Source of the DNA: Takakia lepidozioides
Lineage: Eukaryota; Plantae; Bryophyta
Assembly (NCBI GenBank): GCA_030704615.1
Contig: CM060731.1
Span: 66,154,001-66,218,000, forward strand
DNA length: 64,000 bases
Reading direction: 5' to 3'
Shown here: positions 1-12,438 of the stretch, one piece after another
How positions within the stretch are numbered: the first letter of the stretch is position 1
Layout: every line of letters starts with the position of its first letter
Notes under the pieces: model-generated
What the model saw: the letters and a program-made list of their open reading frames with translations, nothing else
Databases searched by the model: none
Told to the model about the DNA's origin: nothing
Made by a program: the position numbers and the translations under genes

Positions 1-186
1 GTATGGATCATATTTCAGGAGTGGACTTGTCTAAAGTTTCCAGGGCATGCTAAGTACAGATGGCCTCACAGGGACTATCACGTGGCACAGAAGCTACTTA
101 GCTTGCAGTTTGCCAACCTGAGTGTGGATAATTTGCGGAGCTACCTGCAAAACTTGAAAAGAAGCTACTTAGAGGGAAAGCTATAA
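1..186 (+). CDS. possible 3' end of an unidentified coding region or gene fragment running off the window edge
   Basis: Frame +1 is open from base 1 to TAA at 184-186 (…FPGHAKYRWPHRDYHVAQKLLSLQFANLSVDNLRSYLQNLKRSYLEGKL*). No family recognised. Confidence 0.25.
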   Translation, partial: VWIIFQEWTCLKFPGHAKYRWPHRDYHVAQKLLSLQFANLSVDNLRSYLQNLKRSYLEGKL

Positions 187-843
187 TAGGCAGGATCAAA
201 CATGTAGAGAGGTTTTGTCCAAAGGTGTAGGTGAGCTAGTGAGCTAAGTACTAAAGACTGTTGGTTGTTTGGCCCTGATACACTTGAATTTTAAGGCCAG
301 CGTGCATGATCATGTACAGACTGGTTCGCATGAAATCAAATCCCTTCGAATCGAGATTTTATCCATTTGGGATGGCGAAGCATGACGGTGCCTACCAACC
401 TAGTTTCTTCTTCTTTCTTTTTTAATTAAAAGAAGGGAGCGGAGGCCCTAATAATACTGTGGGCAGTATAAGTGAGGGCTCTGCCATGGGTGCAACAAAA
501 TAACCTTGTTCATGGGCTAGACTTTGCATTTGATTTCTCAAGAATTCCCAATCACACCCATGCCCACGCAGTTGGGCTTGAACTTCCAGTCACACTGTAG
601 GCAGTTTCAAATGCAACTAGCCAAGGAACAATGTTACAGTGTTGCACTTTCAGTGATCATGTAAATGACAGTGTCATAGGGGAGAGAAGAGGTTTATTAC
701 TCATCAAAGTTTGCATGCCACCCTGTGGCAGTAGACTCTGCTGAACAGGGTAGGTAAAGAGCATAAACTAAAGAAAGCGACAGAACTTTGCTAAGACCTG
801 GGTTTGAGAGGGAAGGGAGCTCGTGAGTGGGAGATTATTGCAT

Positions 844-882
844 GTGATAATTAAGGGTTTCAAAAGCTACAAGGAGCAAGTT
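844..882 (+). pseudogene. short SMC3 (cohesin) N-terminal exon fragment
   Basis: Translates VIIKGFKSYKEQV, matching the remembered plant SMC3 start motif VIIEGFKSYKEQV. It is preceded by ttgcat (a decayed ttgcag acceptor) and has no continuation. Confidence 0.55.
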
Positions 883-1107
883 GTGTTGGGAAGTCTAGTC
901 TCTTGTTGTACACAAGTTTACCAGCCTCACTGGCCATCCTATCTCTGCCCATCCAGCACTATCTGCCTCCAATTGCAGTGACAGTGGGAAACACAATCAG
1001 CTCCATTTTCTTTAAAGAAGTCTCTCTATCACATTCATGCTGCACATATCCTGCGATCATTGCACTCCATGAGACCACATTTGGTTGGTTAAATAAGTCT
1101 CGAGCAA

Positions 1108-1329
1108 ATGCTACAGGAAGGGGTGACACCCAACAAAGTCACATTCATTTGCATTCTCAATGCATGTGCAGCAGTGGCAGCCCTCAGAAAGGGCGAGGAG
1201 GTTCATTCAAACACTATCAAGACTGGGAATGATTGCATCATGAATTCAGAGAATACCCTTGTTAACATGTATGCCAAATGTGGAAGCACGAAGGATGCAG
1301 GTCCAAGTGTTCGGCAATACTATGATTAA
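1108..1329 (+). pseudogene. PLS-class pentatricopeptide repeat (PPR) gene fragment
   Basis: MLQEGVTPNKVTFICILNACAAVAALRKGEEVH…NTLVNMYAKCGSTKDA is a typical L/S motif sequence; a frameshift or stop follows. Confidence 0.85.
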
Positions 1330-2349
1330 ACACCTCTTCAGAACCGTCAAGGCAACTTTCAAATTCTCAAGGCTGAGCCTAAGCCCTGGCCCTGCTGCTG
1401 CCTTCTTGATGGGCGGTTTCCTGGTTCTTTCTTTCTCTTGTGTGAGATCATGCTGTCTTTTCTGCTTTACTTTTTCTTAAAGATAGGAGACAGACTCGGC
1501 CCTTTTAATCAAATCAAAATGATAAGTCAGGAGAAAACCAGCCATGAAGACCTAGAAGGGATACCACCCTGAAACCCAAGGTATCTTGAAGGGATTAATC
1601 TTAGTGATTAAGGAAATGTGTGAACAAAGAGTTATTAATTTTCTAAAGAACTACAACAGAATGCGATATTTAGAAACTCCTGCGTAAATCCACACAACAT
1701 GCTCCCAATTCCAGAAGACAAATTATCTGCAGCACATCACAAACGCTCCCACCTTTGCCCATATATGGCACCAACTACAGCACTGACCGCAGGCCGAGAG
1801 GCCCAACAGCCCCCCTGTTGTCAAAATCTAACATACCACCAGCCCAGTTCATGCTTGATATACATACAAGACACCTGCATACACCCCACATATCTCCAAG
1901 TACAACTCGCTGCAAGAGAAAAAATCTGGCGGTGAGCAACAAGGCCCCCATAACCGCTTGCAGCAGTCATGCCCAAAGGCTCCATCTACACCAGAAACTA
2001 CCTCAAATAGCACAGCGGAAATCCTACCCAGACAAGAGCAATCACAATCACTCCTCACTCTCCTCCATCTCGTCCCCCACGGCTTTGAATTTGAAAACCA
2101 CACCCCCTGCAGGCCATGGAAACCTGCTGCCACAAATACATATACACTACAGCTCTTGCCAACCCTTACTTCATCCATGGCAACACTTCACATCTACAAG
2201 ATCTACAATTCATCTCCACTCTAACTATAAGTAATAATAATCACTCATCCATACAATGCACCCATCATCCACCTCCCCAGTCCCTCTCCCGCAGTCTCGG
2301 TTGCCTCGCTCGTGGGGATTGTGCTTGTTGGTGTGCACAGAGGGTGGAG

Positions 2350-5300
2350 ATGAACATGCAAAGAGAGGAGCTTGAGCGGCTTATGTTCTTTGAGCAGACC
2401 CGTGAGAAGGCTGCTGCTGACTACCTTCGGTCCCCCACAGATCCTGATGTAATGTGCTCCCTTTGTCTGTGTGTGTCGTTCCTCCGCCATCTCTGTCAGC
2501 GCTTTCTCTTAGTGCCGAAGAGTCTCATGGCCTAGTTGAAATTTTTTTCTTTCATGAACAGTGGGGAAGGTGGTTGAAGTGCCATTTTACAGTTGGATGG
2601 AGTATTGCAATTGGACTTAGCTTCAACTGGTGAGCGGTGATGCTCGTACAGTGTGGGAATATTTTAGTACAGGTCTCTGAAATTTCTGCAGGCGAGTTTA
2701 TGAGATTAGGGCTTTCAAATGATCATCCACAACATCATGATTTGCCTGGTTGACAGTGTCTGTCAGTCCGAATCTGATCAGGGTCGTTACTTGTTTCTCA
2801 AAAGCTTTAAGGGCATGGGTGGGAGAACAGAATTTGACAAGATGGGGTGGGGCCCTTCTGGAGCTGGCGCATTTTGGACAGGGCCAGGATTCCATCGATA
2901 TGGTTGATGGTATCTTTCTTTTTCAGCTATCTGGTCTTCTATTGTGATTTGTGGCCTGATTTGTCAGCGGTCTGTTGATGGACATCAGAATTTAGCAAGC
3001 AGAAAGGGTGGAGTTTTGTTGCCCTGACAGGTTAAGCTTCTGTGGGTACAGCTTGAGGTGTTGGACGGTATTTCGGGTTGTAGATGCGGTGTCAAAGCTG
3101 GAGGAAGCCCTTCGCATCAGTCCTCGCAAGCATGATGCACTCTGGTGCCTCGGTAATGCCTACACGTCCCAGGGATTTCTGGTGACTGAGACTGACAAGG
3201 CCAATAGTTTTTTCGAGAAAGCTGCCGGGTGCTTTCAGCAAGCAATCGACGAGGTGCCCTTCAATCTTAACCCCCAACAGAGTGGAATATGCAAATTAGT
3301 GTACACCCACAGCTGATGAAAGTCTGTGGGGAGTGGTGGCGGCTTGTCACGGCTACACATGATGAAGTGGATGGTCTGGGATTTTGTGATTAAGTGCTCT
3401 CTTTATGTCATGCTAGTTTAGGTTTCGGCTTGGACTGTTGCAATATCTGTTTGGGTGACCTTCTAATGTCTGTGTGGAGTTGTTACTCAGTACTTGCATA
3501 AATGATTCTACTTCTGTCATTGAGTAACGTCTACAATTTTATCTTATGCTCCATGATACTTTCTTTGAGTGGAGTTTGCAGTCATGGACGTATATATGAC
3601 CTGGTGTAGCATGTTGCCACTGGCTGCTGAATAAGTGTGAATGTGGTGAATGTTCAGGCGCCTCACAATGAGCTTTATCAGAAGGCCCTGGAGATGACCG
3701 ACAAGGTATTCTCACCCCCTCTAAGCACATGTGATTGTGGTTGGTGGTGGAGTTCACCATAAAGAAAAGAATGTCATGGGCCATTTCCCTGCAAATGTTA
3801 TCGATGGCTTGTGCACAGTCCCCACAGGATCCTAGCTGGTTGCGGTCTTTCAGCCCACTAGGGTATGTGAGACTCAGCCAGACATTGGCATATTGCAGAC
3901 TGCCAATGAGAACTTGGTTATACTGGGCATCAGATCAGTCATAATTGGGTTCTAGGAATCATCAGATGACGAATACTCTGCACTGCTTGCACATGGTACC
4001 TGCAAGGCACCTTCACCACTGTGAAAAACAACAAGGTTGCAGTTGACAAGATCGTTCTCAATAGGCCCCCTCACAGCCTGCACCCCACCATTCCTATCCT
4101 GCTCAATACTGAGGCAGAAGAGGGTGGAAGGGATGAGTGGAGGGCGTTCCTGATTTAAGGGCCCCAAGCCGAGGGCGCCAAACCGAGGTGAAGGCCCGAA
4201 CATCAGGAACGCACTCCACGAGGGCCTTCCCCAGCGCAAAGCATATGCTGCCACGGGCCAAAGTTTTGAAGAGGAGGAACCTTACGCCCTGTGTAAGGAA
4301 CCTCGCCAGCATGGCCAGGGCTTTACGCGGCCTAAGGAACCCACAGTAATATTCTGCATGGGGAGCGCCCTGTAAATATGAAGCAAAAAAGTAGCATCGC
4401 TTTACATCCTTGTAAGCTCCTCATAGTGTCCACTCTCTTTGTGTTGCCATACCAAGTGCTTAAAGAGCCTGAATGAGTACCTTGCTTGTAGCCTGACTGT
4501 TGATTCAGGTGCTGGTATTGACATCAGGTGTGGCTGTGGTGACACATTCAGTCACTGGAAGGAAGGAATGCTAAGTGAGAGAGAGACAGTGACAGAGAAC
4601 AGTCTGTGAATGTACTGTTATACTATGGCACGTCCTCGTGGAATAGCCCCCACAGCATACATCCTTCCAAGGATAGGCTTGTACCAGTTTAAAGCAACTC
4701 AACCCGAAATTGCACTGCTAATGACCATCAGATAATAGATATCATCAGATTAGATATTGACTGGTAATTGGGATGAAGAAAGCTTGATGTTGATCTCATC
4801 CATAGTACTCTAGGCCCCTTTTTTCCGTGACACGGTGTTATTGCACCTGTTACAGTGAAATCCGACAAAGCATAGGGAGGGATATACAGGGAGAGTTGGT
4901 GGATGGGTGACATTGGGAATTCCTTTGACTGGGAGGGCAGGCACCGTCATTGCATCAAGAACTTCAGAAGCAGCTGGCGTCACAGCAGGTGATCTTGGGA
5001 GGCGATGCAAGTTCAGTTGGTCCAAGCACTGGCAAGGTATTACCAGGATGAAGGGCATAACCCTGCGGTTGCCTGCAAGGATTTGATTGGCTCTGTACCA
5101 TGGCAGAGATCATGCAATGATGCAATATCAATTGACTTCATTTGTTTTCAATTTACCGTTCTCAAAATTAGCAATTGGAGTTCTCTTTTCTCTTAACAGC
5201 AACCCAATAAAATCCATAGAAATCCTCTCTTGAAAAGCAGTCATATCCCATGTTCTCATTAGTGTTGGGTCGCATGCTAGTAAGTTCTGTTTATCCATAG

Positions 5301-5554
5301 TAAGTAACTTGAAAGTTCTGTTCTGTCTGAGATGTCAATAAGGCCCAGTCTGTGATACATCTCACTTTGCAGCCAAGATCTACTTGGTCTCACTGTATTG
5401 TAACTTGGTATGCTTACAGGGAGGAAAGGAAAAGAAGAAGGACAGCGATCTCAAATATGATGTGATGGGGTGGATTGTGTTGGCCATTGGAGTAATAGCC
5501 TGGGTGGGTTTTGCCAAGTCCTCCACGTCGCTACAGCCACCTCCCCCCTTGTAG
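2350..5554 (+). CDS. TOM20: mitochondrial outer-membrane import receptor TOM20 (plant type), 208 aa, 6 exons
   Basis: Exons 2350-2448, 2831-2909, 3084-3253, 3658-3705, 4941-5036, 5420-5554, all GT-AG and in phase. Motifs [33 protein letters not shown]…[18 protein letters not shown], and a C-terminal TM segment [26 protein letters not shown]…PPPL*. Confidence 0.95.
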
Positions 5555-6581
5555 AAAAATCAGTAATAGCCTCAGATGGATACAGGGACTTTCAGGACGA
5601 CAATGTTGCAGTGTTTCTATGGCTTCTCCCTCAACGGAGAGGTCCTGCGATTGCTCATGATGAAGCCGAGGGTGAGAATAACTTAGCTGGTTGTGGCACA
5701 TAGATAAATTGCAAATGGTGGTCAGATGGAAATGAGGGTTGGTGTCATTAAAGGCTTTGTAAGGAAGACAATCTGCATTTGGTATGGGGTGGAATATCGG
5801 TCTCTCAAAAGTCTGCGCCAGTCGGTACATGCCACTAGTTCATGCGAATAGGGTGGAGGTGCTCTGAGATCCTCTCAACATTCAACTGATCTTTTACGAA
5901 AGAAATTTAAAGGAGGAAGAGAGATCAGGAGCAAATATTCATGTAGTAGTGGATAGCAGAGGTGCAGCAGGGTACAAGGGATCCCTTGCCGGAAGACGAC
6001 TACATGTGGCCTGTGAGGCCAGCAGATTGTCGGAGCCAACTGAGGTGTGGATGACAAGGGATGAAGAACTCCTACATACCATGGATGTGGCGTGAAGGAT
6101 GGAGGAGGTCATGATGTAGCAGTCAATCTCACCATCAAACCCTGGTGCGAGCAATTTGGATGGATGTGTAATGAGTTGTGTGGGTGTGCAAGTTTCGTTT
6201 ACTGTTCATCCATTTGAGCTGCTTTCGAGGAAGGTATGTCTCTCCGTTACACGCAGGCACGATCGCTGTCAATCTGGAGCTCAAGCAGTGCTTCTCTTAG
6301 TTCTGCCCTGACCATTGATCATCTGTAAGTATCTTATAAGCTCAGAGTCAAGTGAGATCTGCTAGATTTGGTCCTTATCCGCCTGCACTGAGATTTGGAG
6401 CGGTATACTCATCTAGTGGCCAACATAGGTTTCTTTTCAGCCGAGGTCTGCATTTTCTATGTTCTGGTAGGAAGGAACTCTGGACGGAATCATGGATTGT
6501 TCCAGTGCAAACATGCGAAATAGGATGAGGGTGGTAATGTGTGAGGTTGTGGAGCGTAGGTGTCCCGAGAACTAAGAAACC

Positions 6582-9078
6582 ATGGTGATGAAGTTGTACG
6601 GCGTCGACACTCCCAACGTTCGGCGAGCGCTGCTTGCACTCTACGAGAAAGAGGTAAAGTCTTAGACGAAAAAATTGTTGATATTGTTTGTATGATCACA
6701 TAATTTACGTTCCTGCATTTGTAATTTGAAACTGGTGCCAGTGCCATAGTGACAAATGCAACTGTTGCTCAGAAGTTTAATAGTGAACAACAGTGAGACG
6801 GATGTTCTTGGACAAATCTGAATGTATGACGGTTCTATCAATTGCAAAAGTGGGAATCCACAAATCTGCACTTGGGGGAACTTGGGTGAGGTTGTGTTTC
6901 TTTTTGTGGGAAGATTTCAGCAAGCGTGAACTGACTTTAAATGTAAACATCATTGGCATACATGGTTTGAATGGGGTTGAAGGTGGACGACGTTGAATAC
7001 GTGAAGGTGAACATTCTAGACGGAGGAAACAGGAAGCCCTCTTATCTCACTGTGCAAGTAAGTTTCTCTGCTGGATCCTCTGAGAGACATGCAACTTGGG
7101 AAAAATGTGTAATCACTGATAGACATAGTTCAAATGCAGAGAATACTAGTACCCATCCTGGTGTTGGTTGGGGCAGCAGTCCACCTCGATACATGCTATG
7201 GACCTGGATACGTTTATATCACTCACTCAACAACCACCTGCCATCAGATGTCTCATTTAAGGGAATTTCCAAACTGTGCCTGCAGTATGTGCTCTAAACG
7301 TCACATTGGACTGAATCATTGTCTGTTGGGCCTCTCACTATCTCTTTTGTAAATGGGATTTGGGGCTTGGTAGGTTATTTAGCACTTGGCATGTCACATG
7401 CGCCTCCTACTTGATTTCTTCCTCCTCGGACGGTTCTTGGTTCTATTGAGTAAATCTCTTTCTTTCCCAGGCTGCGGGGCAAAAGAAAACTCATGCTAGC
7501 TAATGATTCCATGACTGCCAAGTGTGGCCCACTAACAAACCAGAGATCATGTGACACATTGAGCTGTATCTACAAAGGTCAGATCTCATCGAAAGGGATC
7601 TCAACAGAAAGGATATTTGTGATGGAGAAAAATTAGAGATGGTCTCACGGACAGTTAGTTCTCTGCCAAGAGAAAGAGAAATGAGATGAACTGGAACTTT
7701 ATAACGTCCGCTAAAAGCTCAAAGAGCTTATGGCACAAAAGGAAAGCAAGAAACAAGAAAGACTAAAAGACAGTGTGTGGAGCCAGAACCAGGCAAAAAG
7801 CAACTAGCTACTGCTCACTTGAGGGATTGCCTAAGGGTCAAAGCTTCGCGCAGAAAAAGCTGCCACTCATTTCTGATCCTCATAATGGAAGAATTCATTG
7901 AGAGATTGGGTTTCACGGAACAGACAGTGAAATCTCCAGAGAGAAACGGGGGCAGAGATAACCAGAATTGTTCTTTCTTGGTGTTCACCAAAGCCTCAAG
8001 ATTTCCTTTGTACTCGTTGGTATGGGTTGGATGTGCCCTGTGTGGTATTCAATTGGAACATTTTGGCTCATGCCCCTTAAGAGATATACACAAAATATCA
8101 AGTTCCAAACCAAACTACCGAGCTTTGTGGTCATGGACATGACACTCAGTGCTTTAGACCTGAGCATGCTTTAGATAGCAGAGGGAGAAATCGCCCCAGG
8201 GACAACACCTTGTGCAAATATTAATTCCAAGCTGTGAAGGAAATGAGGGTTTTGTTTGTGAGAAAAGTAGTGTATGACATGATGAACTGAGAGTCGTCAA
8301 CCATCGCGCATGCTTTGTTTCCAATTTTACTTTCATTTTAGGGCTTAACAATCTATGTGGGATGGGATGGCAGCCATTTGGAAAGGTCCCGGCTCTCGAA
8401 GACGGTGACTTCCAGATCTTTGGTAAGCTCTCTTGAAAGCGAACCCCACTATTGTCGATCTCAATGACCCTCCTCGTAGTTACGATCAGAATATACGAGT
8501 GCTATGTACTCAGGTATTGTCTACAGGTACCTGTAAGTTTGAGCTTATCTCGATTATGGGCCCGTTTTACAGAGTCCCGAGCTATAGCGAGGTACATCAT
8601 CGAAAAATACGAGGGTCAAGGCACACCTGATCTGTTTGGGAAAACTCTGCAAGAGCAAGCCATTGTCAACCAATGGGTGGAAGTGGAGGGCCAGAACTTT
8701 AATCCTCCAGCTGCAGATCTCATCAGAGAGCATTTCTTTTCCACCGTGATGAAGAGACCTCTCGACAAAGAGCTGATTGTCTCCACAACTGCGAAGCTGG
8801 AGAAGGTTTTGGATGTCTATGAAGCTCAGTTGTCAAAGAACAAGTACCTTGCGGGTGACCATTATACCCTGGCGGATCTTCTTCACATCCCTGTTCTTGA
8901 CAGAATAGTGGCCTTGCAAGGGGAGTGCATTGCGTCTCGGAAGCACGTGGATGCATGGCATAAAGACATTGCCGCGCGCCATACGTGGAAGAAAACGTTG
9001 GAGAAGGGGTTGGAGGAGGGTTGGAGTCTGGTTCATTTATATGGGCAGTCTAGTCTCTTTCTCACTCTGCTAATCTAA
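6582..9078 (+). CDS. GSTF: phi-class glutathione S-transferase, ~233 aa, 4 exons
   Basis: Exons 6582-6653, 6983-7057, 8374-8422, 8573-9078 (GT-AG, in phase). MVMKLYG…VRRALLALYEKE, QPFGKVPALEDGD, FESRAIARYI, QWVEVEGQNF, LEKVLDVYEAQLSKNKYLAGDHYTLADLLHIP. Confidence 0.93.
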
Positions 9079-10349
9079 ATAAGCTGGTGTTTTGGGACAA
9101 GAGTTCTTGTCTCAGCTCAGGCCCTCCGTATGTTCACGGGGTTTAGTTTTGAAAACTGTGTGGATATAGATTGATTGCAGTGGGAGATTGGGCCTGCTAC
9201 ACATTCTGTGCCTGCCTCACTGGATGGGTCAGGTCCAGCCTAGCTAGCACACCAACTCTTCATGGTATGCAGCCTTGGCTGCTTCTAAAGGTGTTTAGTT
9301 TGATTGGTCAAAGGGATTGGGTCTGCTAGATAGCGGCTGTGACTAGTAATGAGACTGGATGTAGTTATATATATGACTTGTAAACCAACTCTTAAAAATT
9401 ACATGGGTAGTTCTGTACATGGATGGTGGGTTAGTGGCAAAATGGTCAGCTCTCCGTATTGTGTTGTTTCATGGTGCTTCTCTGAGGATCCCCTTGGGCG
9501 CAATAAATCTCCTCCCTCTCTCCTGTGTTAGTCTTCTGGCCGTCTTTGCCCCCTTCTCTTTGAGCACATACAAACGTTCATGTGTACCTTCGTAAGGCAT
9601 GGTATCCGGCGGGGACATCGCCCTCCTGGGTGGTGCAAGAACTACCTAATAGTCATGGAAAACACGGACCTCCTCTTGTACTTGAGAGCTTCCTATTTGA
9701 ATCAGTACTTTCACTTTTATTGCCCCATTCATTTTCTCCCACCTCAACTTCGGCTTGGGAGGTTTGCTGGAAGAGCCATCGAGCTACTTTCAACGAAGGC
9801 TTTATATTTAAGGTATCTCTCTCCTTCACACACACACACCGGCTCAATGGCTCTCAATACGATGCTCTGAAAGAATTTCTTCTCTGACCATTTTTCAATG
9901 TGTATTGAATCTAACCCCATCTGGAGTCAATTGAGATCTGCAATTTGGTCCACATCCGCCCACTGAGACCTTGTCCAGAGGGGTTTTACTGACTGTAGAA
10001 ACAAGTTTATAGCGCCACAGTCACTCGCTTAGCACAGAGATAGGGAACCCACGGTATCAATTGACAGTGAGCTTTCACACACGAAGTGTAGCACTCCATG
10101 AACATCAACAACATTTAACAAATTTGTAATTTGTAACAAATTTCAATCAGGCTAGACAACATAATTAGCTATTCCATGTTCTTTAATGACTGGAACTCCA
10201 CAGGGAAGCAGGTTTCTTGTCAGCCGGCCTCTGTATTTCCTACATTCTGGAAGGACCCTCTGGAAATTCTGGGTAAGATTGCCAGTGCAAATATGCCAAA
10301 TAGGATGAGAGAGGCGATGAGTGAGGTCTCCCGATCGGATTAAGCAACC

Positions 10350-10930
10350 ATGGTGATGAAGTTGTACGGCATGGAGACTGCCAATAATCGGCGACCTCAA
10401 CTGGGCCAGGGCTTTAGGCTCTGAGAGAGAGATAGGGCTTGCCTTGTCTTGACAAGAAAGGATCTATCTATTCCAGAACTATTCCATTCTAACCACAAAT
10501 TCATAGACACCAACAGCCTTCGAAGAAGGCAACCATCACATGTCCTCTTGATCCAAACTCAGCATTGACTCCATATCCATAGAGGTGATCAGTGTGGGTG
10601 GGTGGGTGTACTTGTATGTGATCAAACATCCATCTTCAACATGCCACAGGGGTAGGCATTGCACCCCACGAGAAAGAGGTAAAAGTTCTCTTAGACGAAA
10701 CCTAGCTGATTTGTTTGCATCACACTTAAGTAGGTACCTCCCTTTGTAAGTTTGAAATTCCTAGTGCCGTAGTGACAAATGCAACTGCTGTGCCTAAGTT
10801 TAGTGAGCAACAATAGGGAGACGGATTGGCATTAACATGTGTTCTGAATGGTGGTGAAGGTGGACGACTTTGAACCAGTGAAGGTGAACGTGCTAGGTCC
10901 ATAGAAAACCACAAACTTGTCTATTCGTAC
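10350..10930 (+). pseudogene. truncated phi-GST paralog (exon 1 and part of exon 2)
   Basis: atggtgatgaagttgtacggc at 10350 (MVMKLYGMETANNRR), interrupted by ~260 bp of unrelated DNA, resuming ttgcaccccacgagaaagag|gt at 10659-10680. An intron-1 homolog and a degenerate exon 2 (gtggacgactttgaa… from 10860) with a stop follow. Confidence 0.85.
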
Positions 10931-11205
10931 CTCCCTTTTGCAACTCTGATCAGTCCTACAGTGGACTTTTGAAGGAAAAAAAGCGAGCCCGGGAATGAAT
11001 GACAGCTTTAAATGTTCTCGAAAAAAATAAAAGTTGGACGAGACACCCTGCATGAGCAGCAAGGACCGAACCAAGCATTTGCGGAAGGTGAGAAATCTTA
11101 ATCTGAACCCGCAAATGGTAGCAAGTTATACAACTCAAATCTTCCTTCAACATGGTCAGAAAGCTGTACATATGGATATATACAGTTCATGTCAAGGAGC
11201 AGAAG

Positions 11206-12200
11206 TCAAACTCGGTGCAAAATTTGCATTGGGTAGCGGAGCTTGAGCCAGTGAGATGGATCAGACACGCCAATATTATGTATGATATGCTGTTTCCCTT
11301 GAGTATCATTCGTGATGTTGTACCACAAGAGAATCTCTCCACAGGTCCAGATACACTCATCTCTTGCTGCGCATTGCCAGTTGTTTTCGAAAGCTTCTCG
11401 GGCAACGACATCCGTCTTACCGACATTAAGCTGGGTTACTGGAAAAAGGTTACGACCGCCTCCTTGCAGCTGAATCGGGGTGATGCAAAAGTTCACAATC
11501 ACGTTTGAAATGTCAGGCCGCAGGCCCGCCCATGAAATTTCGATAAGGTAGAGAGTTTCCTTGCACGCCACAAGCCGTGGCTTGCTCATATCTTCACAAT
11601 TATAGCTCTTGAGCCGGGATCTTACGATAAAGATAATTGACTCTCCTTTTTTGATGTCAAATGCGTTCAACGTCATTACCGTCGTCGGCCCCGTGACTTA
11701 GCTCCTGTAGGAAATAGAAGATCCCATTGCATACCACACAATCAAGCGGTGCGCGTAGCTTAAGTGGAAATCTACTCACCATCATCCACGTTTCTGTTGC
11801 AGAAGAGAAAACTTGGAGGCAACTCGGGCAGAAGACAAAAAATTTGTATGTAGCAGACAGGTGATCAACGTACATGGTTGCACGGCCTCTTTCATTGACC
11901 ACTTGATCAGGCAACAGCTTCCAACTCATGATCACAGGATTGCACACATACAGTTGTTGGGTTTTTGGGTCCATGCCTTCACGACATAATTCTAGGCCCC
12001 CAGCTGCAGTAAGAACGGTACTCTTGACTCTGCTCTAGACCACAACAAAGGGGAAAGAACCGATCAGTCAATTCCACGCCCAGACTCCATGTAGTGCACA
12101 CTGCTTGGGATATAAGAAGATCGCGCACCTGGAGATGCGCAAGAACAATCTCTACAATCTCTTCGGGTAGACGCCTGAAATCCCCGTCTTCACCTTCCAT
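11206..12200 (-). pseudogene. F-box (kelch/FBA-like C-terminus) pseudogene
   Basis: N-terminal F-box LPEEIVEIVLAHLQVRDLLISQAVCTTW; downstream LYVCNPVIMSWKLLP, VFSSATETW, VVCNGIFYFL, PRLVACKETLYL. Spread over three ORFs (12200-11979, 11974-11657, 11676-11206), implying frameshifts. Confidence 0.8.
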
Positions 12201-12214
12201 TTGTTCTCTCTTCG

Positions 12215-12438
12215 CAACTTGGTGCTCTTGAAAAGGGCAGAGAGGTCCACGCTGACATTGTCAAAGCTGGTATCGCTTCATGTGTTAAGTTAGAAAATAC
12301 CATTGTTAGCATGTTTGCCAAATGTGGGTGCGTAAAGGATGCACGTTTGACGAGATGTGGTCTCTTGGACTGCAATGATAGCAGGATATGTCCATCATGG
12401 GTGTGGGATGGAGGCCCTCCAACTATTTGAATAAAATG
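12215..12438 (+). pseudogene. PLS-class PPR gene fragment
   Basis: QLGALEKGREVHADIVKAG…ENTIVSMFAKCGCVKDA, then a frameshifted DVVSWTAMIAGYVHHGCGMEALQLFE*. Confidence 0.85.
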
